Below, piece after piece: positions 49,913-63,393 of a DNA stretch of 64,000 bases (its first letter is position 1; every line of letters starts with the position of its first letter). Source of the stretch: Chlorokybus atmophyticus (taxonomy: Eukaryota; Plantae; Mesostigma and Chlorokybus algae); NCBI GenBank assembly GCA_009103225.1, contig RHPI01003389.1:434001-498000 (forward strand), in the 5' to 3' direction. The translations under genes and the position numbers were made by a program. The notes under the pieces were generated by a model. It was not told where the DNA came from. It did not search any database and worked only from the letters and a program-made list of their open reading frames with translations.

Positions 49913-51899
49913 TCAGTCTTGATGGATGTATGTGCTGACTTCGATGCCGTCGGGCACTGTGTCCTGGTACTCGAGCGTGCAATCTATTAGTTTGCTCTCG
50001 TAGCGTCCGCTGGCCCGCACGTACTGCAAGTACCCATCCAGCGTCTTGGCAAAAATCACTGTCGCAGTCGCACAACATGCGTCACTCTCAAAGTCCCCAC
50101 ATGCAGCCGCACATTAGCAACCAACAAGCTACAAGACAGAGCCCTCTGTGACACGCGCGTGTCGACAAGCTCAAGTAGAGTATGACACAGATGCTCGCTC
50201 CTTTTCGTAACATGCTATTAGCTGAGTGCATTCCCCTGCGCTTACCAACATTGTCCGCGACAACGAGAGCGTTTTTGGCAAGAAGCGGTTCCGCGGCCTG
50301 CAGATACTGCAGGTATTGTTTGGGGTCCGCATCAAGAAACAGCAGGTCGATGCGCTCCGCCCCCGCCCGTTTCTGCATCTGCTGCAGACCCGCCAGCCCG
50401 TCGCCCCACCTCACATCCACGCGATCTGCATAAGCGCATTGCCACTCGTCCAACACTGACTCGGCACGGTTAGTATCGACACACGATGCGTGTTCCAACC
50501 TGCGAGCTTGGATTGCCAGACGAAGCGTTTGGCTGCGAGGGCCCACTTGATGTCCTTCTCAAAGGAGATGAGGCGGGCGTCGGGTGCGAGGGCGCGGCCC
50601 ATCACGATGGCGGAGTAGCCCAGGAATGCGCCCACCTCCACCACCACGCACGGCCTCCTCTCCTCCACTAGCCTCTGCTCTACACCACAGCACGTGACAG
50701 TGGATATGTTGCTGTTGTTGTTGTTGTTCCACTCGCACGCTGCTGCATTCTCACCCGCACACTCTCACCTGAAGTATGGCGCCCTTGTTGGGTCCGACCA
50801 TGGGCAGGAGATCTGTTGCTGCCCATTTGTCAAGTCTTCTGAGGATCCACACATCATCCACAGGTGTCAGTCGCGAGAGCGTCTCCCCCGAGCGCTTGTC
50901 GACGTACACCTCGCGGTCCCCGCTGGCGATCTGCGCCTCGCGCGTGCGCGCACGACGTGCCGCGCGCGCGGCCTGCTGCCGATTCTCCCAGAGAAGAAGG
51001 GACACGAACAGCGCAAAACCGGACGCGTTGATGGCCAGCGTGCGCGGGCCGCCAGAAGCCAACTCGAGGGCGGGGTTAGAGGCAAGCTTACCCACGTCGA
51101 TCAACACGCCCACGAGGCAAGACACGGCACCGCCCGCCCAAAGAACCCTGCCAGCCACGGCTCAGCGCACACAGTACATGTAGAACTTCAAGCTGTGACG
51201 ATGAGTACTTGCAACACTGAGGCCGCAATGCGCGCGACGACAATGTGGTGCTACACAGTACGCGATCAGCGTGCGTGCGTGCGCGAGTGCAACGTCGTCG
51301 GTCTGTAGGATGATGATGTTGCATGGATGATCGGTTGGACTGCACCTCACTGCTTGCTTGGGAACCATTCAAGGTTCACCAGCTCAAGCGAGGTGTCAGT
51401 TCGTTACAGTCGACATGTACGTTGAATGCCACATGTAGAACATTATTCTGTAACACGACAGTGCTGGATGTCTTGCGTGGCCACATCGAGATACTGTTTG
51501 CTATGCAACACCAGCAGCATGCGTGAAGAGTGGCAAGAGGGAAGCAGCACACTCGTTGCACGCGAGACCAAAGGCGTACCTGCGTACGGGTCGTGGGAAG
51601 AGGTAGTCGACGAAGTTTCGCGGGTCCTTGAGCTCCTCCTCCAGCACGCTCCTCCTCCCGCCCTTTTCCAGGTCCTGCTGCACCGGAGACCACGACTGCT
51701 TCTCCTTCTCCTTCTCCCTCTTTCCGGGAGGCCCGCCTCCCGCCGCTGCGCGCACCCCGCTGAGGCGGCGGCGGCGAGCGCTTTGCGGCGGCGACCGGCT
51801 GGACGGCGGCGAAGGCAGGCAGTTCGGGCGGACGCAACACATGGCCCTGAACGGCAATGCGACTAGCAACGCTGCCGCCGTCGTCCCCGCCGTCGCCAT
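49913..51899 (-). CDS. Catechol-O-methyltransferase-like SAM methyltransferase with transit-peptide-like N-terminus and two hydrophobic segments
   Basis: PMVGPNKGAILQ..VVEVGAFLGYSAIVMGRALAPDARLISFE; VRWGDG; IDLLFLDADPKQYLQYL..LL...VVADNV; LEYQDTVPDGIEVSTY (COMT pattern). Confidence 0.85.
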
Positions 51900-53549
51900 G
51901 GCCGTGGCCGCCGTCGCCCGGACCGTGTCCCCCCCCACACAACTCGAACTGCCCAAGTTTGATGCTGTCTAGAGCGACCCGCTAATAAAGTCAGACAGGG
52001 ACCAGCGCAGGGCATGATGAAAGGGCGTCCGCTGGACTGGGGTGCCCTTGTTCTACCACATGCCACCCCAGGTCACTGGGTGGCTGCGCGCTACTGATTA
52101 AACCTCTGATGCGGTGTGTGCCCGTGTGCAAGCTCGTACCCTTCACGTTCGCAAACATCGCCACCATTGCAACATGCATGCACATCGAGTACTCGCTCGC
52201 ACCAGCCAGCATGCATCTGCTCTGCGGTTGAGCCACATCAATGGTCATACAACCGGACAACAGAAGCGCGGTGACGGTAACAGGCAACATGCAGCGCGAG
52301 AGCCTGGCGTTTGAACTCTGGGCATCAACAAGCACCGCTTGCTCGATGCCTGCTTACGGCTTGCACAACAGGACGGGCAGAGTTGGTGTGACGTGCAAAC
52401 CAGCGTCCTTTGCAAGAAGCTGGAGCTCTTTGCGCCACACGAACCATGCTTGGTGTATCAGATATCAGTCACTTTGGTGTACCAAGTCAACTTGAAGTGG
52501 GCTTGCTGCTGGATTACATTTAGCTTTTTGGCAAGGTTTTCAAGCAGCCGACTATACTATTCAGGGCACTGCCCGCAGGTGTACTGGGTAGGCATCTACG
52601 CAGGTGTGCATCAATGTGCAGCTGGCAATGGCAGGTTATACTGGCCATAACACTTATGCCTCCATGCACATTGTAGTGCGTTTCATGACAACGATTGAAA
52701 CGTGGAGTGTTGTACGACACTGCTTAGCATCACTAAGCAATCCACGTAACGATCCTCACAAAATTGATCTGCAATCAGTGACCAGCAAACCTTGACATGC
52801 CCTTCATACCGCTCAGTACTGACCTCCATCTATAGGCAATGCATGTGCACTCGGAGGCAACGACTTGCGGTGACAGATTGAACTCTCGAGTTATCAATGC
52901 AGGTCCGTATTTTAGGATGGAGTGGTGCTGCAATAAGCTGAAGAGTGCAGCAGTGCAACACACGCATATCGTCACAGTCACAAACAGAGCAGCACAACAC
53001 CGCAATAATCAGGGGGCCACACCAGCGGTCTAGCCTACACTAGGCAATCACCTAGTATGCACGAACAAGTAGCAAGGAGCTGTGCCAGCGTACAACAGCA
53101 GAGCCACACGGAACAACATTGGTTACAATGAGCCATGCAAGCAAACGCAACAGCACATATACATAGGTAATTGCAGTTACTAGACGATTACAACGACTGC
53201 TAGAGCAACCCGCAACTGCCAAGCACGTGACAATGCTCCAATATACACGGGTGATGGACATTGATAAAGTATGGCTGGGACACTCTGCTGTAGGCACGGC
53301 CCGCTGTATGACCAGTGCGTCGGCTGTCGAGCCATTCTAGACATGCTGGATGCTACAGACAATCACTACACAATAGCTCACCCGTTGGCAAGCATACCAC
53401 ACCCGTTTCGCTGTCCGTTGCCACATTGATCCCACGCTTGAGCAGGCTTCAGTGAAGAAAGCCCCACAAGCTCCTCCTTCTGTTTCCATCAGCCTGCACG
53501 AAACCACGTGCACGGGTGCACATTGGGTGTGGACCCCTTCCAACCCCAC

Positions 53550-55283
53550 TCAGCGAGCGGAGGAGCCCTCGCCAAAGGAGTTGAGGAGAAGCATGTCGTC
53601 GGAGGAGAGCTGGAAGGAGTACACGTCGGCGTTCTCGCGGATGCGCTTGGGGTCCGTGCTCTTCGCCACCACCACGTACCCACGCTGGATGCCCCACCTG
53701 ATAAGCACCTGCGCCGGCGTCCTTTGGTAGCGGTCCGCCACCTCCACCAGCCTCGGGTCCTGTGTGCTTTGTGTGTCAGTGTCACACCCATGGTGGGTGC
53801 ATGCGCGCGTGTATGACAACAGTTGCATGTCCACATTAGGGGTGTGGACTGCACGTTGTGCATACCTTCAGTTTGCTGCCGCGCGTGAGGGGGGAGTACG
53901 CTTCCACTTGCACGTTATGCTCGCGGCAAAACGTGCAGAGCCTCTCTTGCGTATTGAACGGCGTCACCTCCAGCTGGTTCACCGCCGGCAAGATGCCTCC
54001 GGGCGAGGACATCAGGTCCTGGTGCACATATACAGCACCATCACACGCACGCTCTGGCTTGCGCGCTCTGCTGGCAGGCAAGGTACCTGCAACTTGTGGA
54101 TGTCGAAGTCTTGGACACCAATCGACTTCACCTTGCCTGCATATGCGCGTAGTACGTGTGTGCAAGTGCGTCTGTTACTGTGTGTGCATCTCAATAAGGC
54201 AACATGCAGTACATGCCACAGGTGTCGGTTGTGTGCGATGGCTTACACACGGGAGCACACACGCATGTACGCAAGCAACACATGCAAGTGGACCTTCTTT
54301 CTGCAGCTCTCCCAGCGCGCGCCAAGAGTCTTGTCGGTTGCCCTTCGCAGGCGCGTGGAGCATGCACAGGTCCACATAGCTGAGACCCATCTCCCTGCAG
54401 AGTAGTAGCTCTTGTTTCTGACGCATCACATGCCAGCACACCACCACTAACAACTACCGCAATAACACACTCGAGGGAGCGGTCCACCGCCTTGACCGTG
54501 TTGTCGAAAGCGTGGGCGCTGTCATCGTTCCACACTTTGGTCGACACCCACACCTGCACAGGTACGTTCAACGTACATGATGACACCTCCAGCTACCACA
54601 TACAGAGACAGTGTGTCCTTGTATACCTCTTGTCTAGAAATGTGAGGGGAGTCATGCAGTGCGCGTCCCACATCGCGCTCGTTGCGGGACTGCGACGCCG
54701 TGTCAATGTGCCGGTAACCCACCTGTAATATGAGCTGTTCAAGTGTGACCAAGCACATACCCACTCATGCCTTGCAGCCAGAGGCTCAGGGCTGCCTTGC
54801 AGTTGCTAGTCATGTCAAGCGCTGCCGGGAGGGAGACCGCGGCCGACAAGTGTAGCGTTTGCATGTTGACGGCGGCAAGTATTAAAACCCAAGCTAGGCA
54901 CGATGTGCGCGGTCTTTCAAGCATCCGGTCGCAGCAGCTGCAACTTCTTGGCACAAAGTGCTAAGAGCTGTTGCTGTCACAAGGCTCAAAGTTCTGCATG
55001 CACGCTGCAGCTCATGCATGCATGCTTGTATCCATACGTGCATACAAGGGCGCATGCATGCATACACGCAGGCAGGTGCATAGCAAATGCGAGCCGTGAA
55101 TGCTTGCACACAGCACCCCTTCAGCCGCTAGCTTCTTGCCTGTAAGGCGGTCTTGACGGCGTCGCGCGTGTCGCCTCCTGGCTTAGCCCTGGCGACGCCG
55201 AGCCCCACCCTTGGCACCCTGCTCCCGTCCCTCAGCGTCGCCCTGTCGCTGGCAAGCTCCCGCACCTCCCTCACACTCGCCAT
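53550..55283 (-). CDS. Aldo-keto reductase (2,5-DKG reductase-like), multi-exon
   Basis: PRVGLG; GYRHIDTA; STKVW; YVDLCMLH; VKSIGV; PAVNQLE; EAYSPL; TPAQVLIRW; KS..PKRIREN; stop at 53550-53552. Confidence 0.92.
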
Positions 55284-55501
55284 GCTGCCACACATACGCA
55301 CACACATATGCAAACACACAGGCCTCAAAATAGACCGAGTCCCAAAGAATGCCCTTCTGCAGAACCAACCCGACGATTGCAGTGTGCGTCTCGTGAAGTG
55401 GCTCGAGTCTCAATATTGGCATAGCTTTTAGCCTCCGTATTGGCATATGGTTGAGGTGGTGGTTGTTGGCGGCGGCGGCGGCGGTGGCGGTGTAGGGAAC
55501 G

Positions 55502-57595
55502 ATGATGGCGACTGTGGTGGGAGGGATTGGGATGCGAGCGTCTGGGGAGGACGATGGTGCCGTTTCGCTGGCGGCGCTGTTTGAGCGGGCCAAGGCCACG
55601 CACGACCGCATGGAGGCCGGGGACCACGACGCCGCCACCGCCGGCGCCAGGGAGGCGTGGCAGGAGGAGGTGAGGGGGACGTGCGAGGGGCTGGAGCGCT
55701 GCGGCCGCATGATCGACTCCCTTGGGCTCTTCTCTCGCAACGAGGAGGTCGACGACGTTACTACCCCCGTCCTCAAGTACTTCCTGGTACACGCCACATG
55801 GTGGTCAACTCAGCTGTTTACTGCTCGAGCCAGGCAACTGTATCAGATCGTCTTTTACGTGCGCATGACTGTTCAAAAACCTGCATCCTTGCGCTCATGC
55901 AATGTCAGTGTTCGTGTATGTACAAGTGTTGCACTACATGTTAGCAGCATGCACAGGAGAAACACTCTAAACTTCAACATGACAGTATCACAGTGAACAA
56001 GACAACACACAATTGCCGACAATGCTGTGCAGCACAATAAAGCACACTAGTTTCAGCGCCATGCATGTACAGGGGCCTGTTGTTTACAACAGTCGCACGC
56101 ACACTCATGCACAACGTGTGCAGGTGCCCTACTACCTTGGCAGTTTGCTGCCGCAGCTAACAGTTGACGAGCGACGGCCCGTGCTGCATTTCTCAATAAC
56201 TCAGCTTCAGGTGTGCGCGCTCACATCACTAGGGCTTATACCTTGGTGTATGAACGTGCTCTAACTGGTCATTTACACAACGTCATCACAGGGCTTCCTG
56301 CACCTCATTGAGCGGTACGGTTTGCTTCCACCAGAGACACGCGCAGCGGCAACCCGCAGGCAACCCGCGGATGCTACTACACGCAGAGCAGAGAAGGTGA
56401 AGAGAGCCTATGAGTGTACCTGCTATGGCTTGCTTCAATGCAATGCATCGCTATGGGTATGTGTCTCACAGTCTGGTGCATGTTACTGCCCTGCAGGTAG
56501 CGCGCTTCAAGGCAGAAAAGGAGTCAAGGGCGAAGGTGGAGGCTGTGCAGGCACGGTTGAAGTATCAGAAGGCCAGGGCAAAATCGATGAACGAAGGTGG
56601 TGAAGACTTTGATATGGAGGATACCGAGGAGCAGGAACGAGAGGTATGGTGTTGTATGTGACACAGTTGTCTGAGTTTATTGTAACTGACAATGACTCAG
56701 CCTCGTTGGTTGCATGCAGTTGTGGCTGGTCCTCATTCAACACGCTGCGTTCCAGGTAAGTGTTTTTGCCTCGCTGTTGCTGGCTTGCATGCTTCCCACT
56801 GCGCATTTGTTGCAAACCCGTGTTGTTGATGCAGGCTCTGGAGCTGGTGGAGTCGTACCGGCAAGAAGAGCAGCTTCTCGCACAAGCTGAGACTTTGCGC
56901 GGACAGGTGAATGTGAACAGTCTTGCTGCCACGTGGATGTTTGTATGTGCATGCGTGCGCATGGCGTTCGCACGCAAGTACACTTGAGCCATACTTTGCC
57001 GTTCACAGGGTGGGGAGGTGGTGCGGCAGTCGTTACGGGAGAAGCAGAATGAGGCAGAGCGCAGGCACAGGGAAGCGGCGGCGGCGGCAGAGATGGAAAA
57101 ACGGTTTGGGATTGCACCAGAGGTGCAGCGGGAACGCATGAGCAAGCAGGTAACAGTTGCTTGCGCAACCGTACTTGTACTGCACTATGGGTTGCAGTGC
57201 AGTACAAGTCCAGGCCACAAACAGAAGCAAGTTGGTGCAAACCATGCATGTGTGATGTCAGGTGTTCTGCAACCGACACAGCACACCAACCATGAGCATA
57301 GAGGCGTTTGCGGAGAAGGAATTTGAGCGGGCACAGGAGCTCGAGAGGAAGACTGCCCAAGCCGCAGCGCGCCAGAAAGCGCGGGAGGTGAGCTACCCTG
57401 CAGCCGCAAGTTGTATGAGAGCGCATGGGCCAAGCAATGCTCCAACCGCTTAATACTGTACTGACATGTGACTATTAGGACAAGATCTTGGAGGGCGTGG
57501 ACGAATCAGAGGTGTACAAGCAGCGTGCAATGGATGAGTTCAAAGATGACAACCGACGCGGGTCCGGTAACAGCGCGACGAAACCCCTCCGCTGA
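55502..57595 (+). CDS. TAP42: TAP42/TAP46/alpha4 PP2A regulatory subunit
   Basis: LGLFSRNEEVDDVTTPVLKYFLVPYYLG; RRAEKVARFK; PTMSIEAFAEKE; KQRAMDEFKDDNRRGSGN. Confidence 0.92.
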
Positions 57596-58127
57596 GAGTT
57601 TGCGACATGCGCACTCTCACTAGGCTGTATAGTGTAAGGGTAGAAGTGTACCGGATGTGATGATGTTTGCAGTCGTTGCACTTGCTTGATGCCATCTGCA
57701 CATCTTGCAGGAATTGCAACATTGATTCAGAAGGCATCGAACATTATGAACATGCATAGGAGTGAACTGTTTTACATGTTGCAGTGCAGGCATGCAGATC
57801 AGCAGCAAATATGTGCAGTGGGCAATACGGCTCTGACTTACTGCAGCCAACAGCGTGTTAAACAAGGTCTACTTACAAGTGTACAAGAAAAGAGCCCATC
57901 GCTGCGCCACTTGTCGAGGATCACTGTGTCAACGGAGCCCCTTTTTTGCAAGGTGATGGTGGCAGTAGACAACCTACGGACTTCCGCACACTGCGCCCCA
58001 AGTCACCGGATTCGTGTGCATGCATTGAAATTGCCAAGCACGAGCGATTGCAGTAATACACTTGCACTTACTTTGATATGCCGCAGTGGCCAAAACAACC
58101 TGTATAGATGCAACCTGCCATGTACTG

Positions 58128-59664
58128 CTAGTCCTCTCCGCTCTCGTCACTAAAATACCCTCGTTGCAACTTAGGCCCCTGCAACAAACACCAGAACGAT
58201 ATATCAAGCAACACACAAGTGGAACAAAGGCAGGATGCCATGTGCATGTGTCGCACCACTTGCGCCAGTGCACACACGCGAATGCACACGCAGTCAGGTG
58301 CACATGGTTGCCACGCAAGTGACATAACAGCAAGCCAATAACCAAATGGCCTGCGGTCCAACTCAGCAAACCGCCTTGCAATGCCACATACACCGTTGCA
58401 AGACGCGTAACACGTCACCTTCAGAGAATGCGGCTTGTGTGCTGCACTCCTGTCCGGTGCTACCACCGGCCTTGGCGCGACCGCTGAAGCCCAGTCGTCC
58501 TCTTCAAACCTTGCGTCGTTGTCACCTTCCTCATCACTAGCAACAACAGATTGATAGCTCACTCAACATTCCAACTCACTTCTATCTTGGGCAAACTGTT
58601 TCAGCTGACACGCAGGCAAGCACATGCAGTTTGTGCACAGAAAGTATACAATGTATGTTTGTGTGTCACCTGCTGCCTGCTGCGGCTGTGTTATTGTTGG
58701 CACCGTCTTTGTTGTGGCTGGCGGCACGCTGCGCTCCCCTGCTGCGCTTCTTCACCGGACGCTCCCGAGGCCCCAACTGAAAGAAATACAAGTGTTATTG
58801 TGTGTGTGCTTACGTGTGTGCATAAATGCGCGAGCTGTGAATAGCTGAATCACTTGAAACACATGCTGAGTACGCACCTGATTATTGGGGCATTCGTAGG
58901 AGAGGTGACCTTCTGCACCGCACTCGTAACACCTGCTTTTGTCCTCGTACACCTAACACAACCCTTGGGACTCACACATGCTGGAGCTGCAAGGCTACTC
59001 TCACACTAGGTAAACTTCATCAACGCGAACACCATGACAGTGCTCCTCTGACTATCAACAACACAGAGACCAACCGGGCAGATAATGTAATGCACATCAT
59101 TGCGTGAACGTTGTTATTGGATGTTGTTGTGCTTTGCAACTGTGTCTGCTACTTGTTGAAAAGGAAAAGCTGATTGTCTCAAATGTTGCCAGAATGCAGT
59201 AAGAAAGTGCACAGATTGACATGAAGAAGCTCAAAGCTAGAGGCAAGGCGCTGGAGAATGCCACAACATTGCGCTGTCCTGACCTTACGGCGGATGAACT
59301 CCTTGGCCCTGCCGTTGTCGTTGGCGAGGCTGGCCTTGAGGGTGCGGCCGTTGAGGCGCTTGCCGTTGGCCGCTTGAGAAGCGGCAAGGGCTGCCGTGCG
59401 GTCGGCGTAGAGGACGAAGGCGATGCCCGAGCTCTCCCGGGTTTGGCGATCCTTCACTATGCTCACCTTCTTCACCCCAGGGCTCAGCGCCTCAAACACT
59501 CTGAACACGTCGTTGTTGGTCAGCCCGTAGTCCAGGTTGCCCACGTACACCGTGCTTCGGGACGGCGCTAGCCTCCTCCTCTCCTGCTTTCCCTGCGGTG
59601 CCCTCCCTCCTCCTCCTCCCTGTTCTCCGCCACCGCCGCCTCCGCCGTCTCCGGCCCCAAGCAT
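58128..59664 (-). CDS. ZCRB1: U11/U12 snRNP 31-kDa protein (RRM plus CCHC knuckle)
   Basis: [21 protein letters not shown]..; [50 protein letters not shown]; C-terminal YFSDE. Confidence 0.93.
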
Positions 59665-60271
59665 GTAGACAACTTCCGCCACATTAACTGCAAAGCTGAG
59701 GTTGAGGTGCTCAAGGAGCAGGCCCAGGCGCATGTCGACCGACCTAGTCGGCCACCTCCAGGATGAGAGCAAGCAGCAATGCACTTGAAGCGTAGCAGCG
59801 CAATGCACAGCAAGCGGAGTTGGCCTGCCCACGTGCTCCAGCCTTACGGTGCTCTGTGGTGGTTGCTTGCACTGCGCACACAGCTGGCCTGACTGCCTGC
59901 GACACTTACTGCACTCTTAGCAGCATGCATGGGGGCACAAGGGTGGCTCGCAAGCCAGGCGAACAACTACACAAGTTGTCAATGTGGTCTCTGATGTCTG
60001 GTGCGATAAGCTCGCACAGTGTGCATGCAAGCAGTTTCTATCATGGTAGCTGATGTATGCTTCTAGAACCACTTGGGCTCTTAAGGTTGTGGGCAGACCG
60101 CATATTACTTGCGCGATCCGTTGGTTGAACTTCTTAGCAATCGGTGGTTGAGTTCAAGCTGTGACCAGCCACCAAGCTTGCTATGTTCCTCACAATCTCA
60201 GAAACAGCAACGGCCCGGCCGATTTTTTTCTGCTTTTTCTGCTAGCACTCAGTTGGCATTCAGTCTCAAGC

Positions 60272-62259
60272 ATGGCCAAGGCAAGGCGGTTTATGCTTTG
60301 CGTGTGACGCATGTCGCACCAAATCTCAGCACGCCATGAATTGACCGATTGTGCCTATCCCTTTGTCCACAGGTGTGGACTGCTGCTATGCGTGGCGCTA
60401 GCCGTTGCTTATTCTGGCTTTGCGCTTGGTGCTGGTGCGCATCAAGGGAGGGGCCTTGGTGCACAGCCCACCAATTTTGGGCTCCTTCCCCTCGGCGATC
60501 TCACCATGACGTATTAAGGCGGGAGTTACTTCGTCCCCCAAGTCCAGCAGGCTGAAGTGCAAGGTCCGCGCGTGTGTTTGCTGCCTCTGCCAGCGCCTAT
60601 CTGAGTGTGTTTGCAAGTACATGCGAGCTCTTACACTGAGCTGCAATTGCTGCCGGCCTTCAGGCAATCTTCAACAGCGATGTGCTCAACTTCCTGGCCA
60701 ACATGGAGTGCTTGGAGGCGCTTCGACACATTTGGGGCGGACATTCCGCTCAACCTGCTGTCCTTCAATGGAACGGGCTTCGGCGAAGCCATCGGTGGCA
60801 GGTACTTGCCTTCTGTGCGGACATGCGAATGCGCAATGTTTCAGCAGAAGTCTTGATCTCCAACGTGCTGATGTTGTGCCGTTTGCAACTGCGAATACAA
60901 CCGGAAGGCAGCTCTGAGCAACCAGCTGCAGCCCTGGGCTGAAGAGGTGGCATTGGACGAGCAAGGCCATGTACGGTGAGTTGCGACACACGTTACGCAG
61001 TCCTTGGCCCTACGCAGATGTTATGGCCTGGGAGTCGTGAGGTTCTGGATGGGCGCTCAGTGCCGTGCCCCGTCGTAGACATCGACTTTGGCTTTACCAA
61101 GTTTTTGGACGCCGCTGTAGGAAAAGTGAGTAGCCCCACTACGCTACAAAGACGACATACGCTCCCTGTTGTGCACATGGCTTGTTGAAGGTAATATAGT
61201 GGCTTTGCGTATACGTGTATATGTAATTCGATTTGCGTATGCTTGTCGTGTATAGTGACTTGTAAACACTTACATTCAGCCTGAGTGCTGCCTGTGCATT
61301 GCAGAGATTGGCGCTGCTGAAGACAAGGTAAGCACACCCGCTTATGGTGTGCGTGTGGCGACTTCAAAGAATATTGTTCGTGTATCCGCTCATGGTGATG
61401 ACTTACGTTGGGTGTGAAGGGGTCCATGTTGCTGATGAGCAACCCGGGGCTGGCGGATGCGGCGTCGGGGCTGGCATGTTCAGCGAGCTACCAGTCGGCA
61501 GTGGACAGGCAGCTGCAGTGGGACTGCCGCAACTACACGATCGAGGAGTCGGCCTGCGTACGTTTGACACGGTGCAGGCGGCGTCGAACCTCCGCAACGC
61601 CCTCGACGGCCCCTCAATGATGACCAGGGCCTGTACAACTTCGACACGAACATTGCGGTCCCCACCCTCAAGATCAACAATGTGCCAACCGACATCCGCG
61701 GCCTCACCTTCAGCCGCACACCCAAGCAGGTACTGATGATGTGCATGCGTGCATGTTGGAGGAGGACACAACTTGGTTTGATGGCCAACAGAGCCACGCA
61801 CGCAGGCATTCACGCGTGTGCAATACGTGCAATGCGTGTCAGGTCTTGAATATCCTGCTTATGGAATCCACGAACGGCACTTGCGGCTTCTTCCCCCAAG
61901 GCGTAAATGGCAAGATCAACAACACCATCAGCTTCGCCAACCAGGCCAATGGCTTCGCGGGCTATAGCGGCAACCGCAGATTGTCAGAACCCTGAGCCAA
62001 GTAAGCATTGATTGCATGACCCAATCGCATGCGCCGCGTACCCTGCGTATTGCTTGCCTGAACCCACGCTTGGGCTCCGCATCAGGCCGGTAAAGCCAAC
62101 TTGCTCAATGAGAACATTATCATCCCGGTCCCGGCCGCCGAGGCGGTTCAGCTGGAGGCCTCTGGTGCAGAGTATGGCCCCAGCTTCAACATCACCAATC
62201 TGGGCACAGGGCTCCCCATTGGACCCTACGAGAACGTCATTGTGCCGCAAAGCCCTTAA
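60272..62259 (+). pseudogene. Desiccation-related PCC13-62-like ferritin-like gene with disablements (start approximate)
   Basis: SDVLNFLANMECLE; EEVALDEQGHVR; VPCPVVDID..F; NVPTDIRGLTFSRTPKQV; GFFPQGVNGKI. In-frame TAA at 60515-60517 and apparent frameshifts near 60718 and 61612. Confidence 0.75.
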
Positions 62260-63393
62260 GAGAACATATGTGGTGGGGCAACAGTGCTGCTGCCCACATT
62301 TTTAGCTCTCTTGCGCTTTAAAGCGCATGCTCAGCCATCACGTGATACACTACCAATGGTTGTTTTGTGTTATGTTGTCTAGGGCTGCTTGCCGATTTGG
62401 TCGTGGTACGACCTCCACAGTGTGACATGCATGTGATTGTAGTGCGTGCAGCCGTAGCAGTTGAGTGTTGAAACGTTTGTGTACCGTGCTGTGTAACATG
62501 ACATCAAAGGTGTTGCAGACTGTGTGCATCATTGCCTTGGTACTGCCAATACACATCTGAACCCTCTGTTTTCCTTTTGCTTTGCATGCCTCCCTCCAAC
62601 TAGTTGTGCAGATATGATGCTTCAATACAACGATACCATCCAGACAGGAACCACTACCCCTTGTGCTTGGTCGTGACGGCAGTGCCCGGCTGGGCCCCAT
62701 TGCCCATGCCTGCACCGACAACAAAAGAGGACACATTGCTGGCAGCCGTGCAGTGTAGTTGCATGCTGTGCATTGTGGTGTGTGGAGTAGGCAAGGGGTG
62801 CGGTAATTAAGCACGAACACACACTTGCTGTACTAGTATTGAGAGGAAGGCTTGTGCTTGTGCCAAGTCATGGCAATATCTGGATGTTAACACTTGCGTC
62901 TTTGATGACGAGCATATATTGTCGGGTGGTAAGCAGCAATAGCAACTCCGGTAGCAAAACAAACAGCCAACCTCCTAACCCATCCTGGGCGTTCTGCTCT
63001 TGCACTACCCTGCTTCGCAAGGGGCCATGGCACAGCGTTAACACCAACATGCAAGTATGCGCAGCAGCAGTGCATTATACATGCAGGGAAGGGAGCACCA
63101 AGCTGTTGGTCCTGCACACTTCAGCGCACCTCGATGATCTGAGCATCCTAGTCATACGCACCAACAAAGCTGCAATGTCAGCTGAGGCACATGTGTGGCA
63201 TCATGGAGATGATGATACAACAGTTGGCTGCTTCCCAACGCAGTACTACCCAACACAGTCCAACCCTAGCATTGTTTATCTATGCGCGGCCAATACCATA
63301 CGCGGTCTAGCACCTTCCCTACATACAGCGAGCAACAACCTTGTTAAGCAATGCCTGCAGAGTGTGCAACACTGCAGGCAGGAGCTGGCACAC

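Noticed and set aside
52000-53500. Additional gene between the methyltransferase and AKR genes
   Set aside because: Only short ORFs with no recognisable motifs; probably UTR or intergenic.
60515-60517. TAA/TAG = Gln nuclear code (as in some ulvophytes)
   Set aside because: The other genes show no in-frame TAA/TAG, use CAA/CAG for Gln and end on TAG (ZCRB1, TSSC4); the same gene also has frameshifts.
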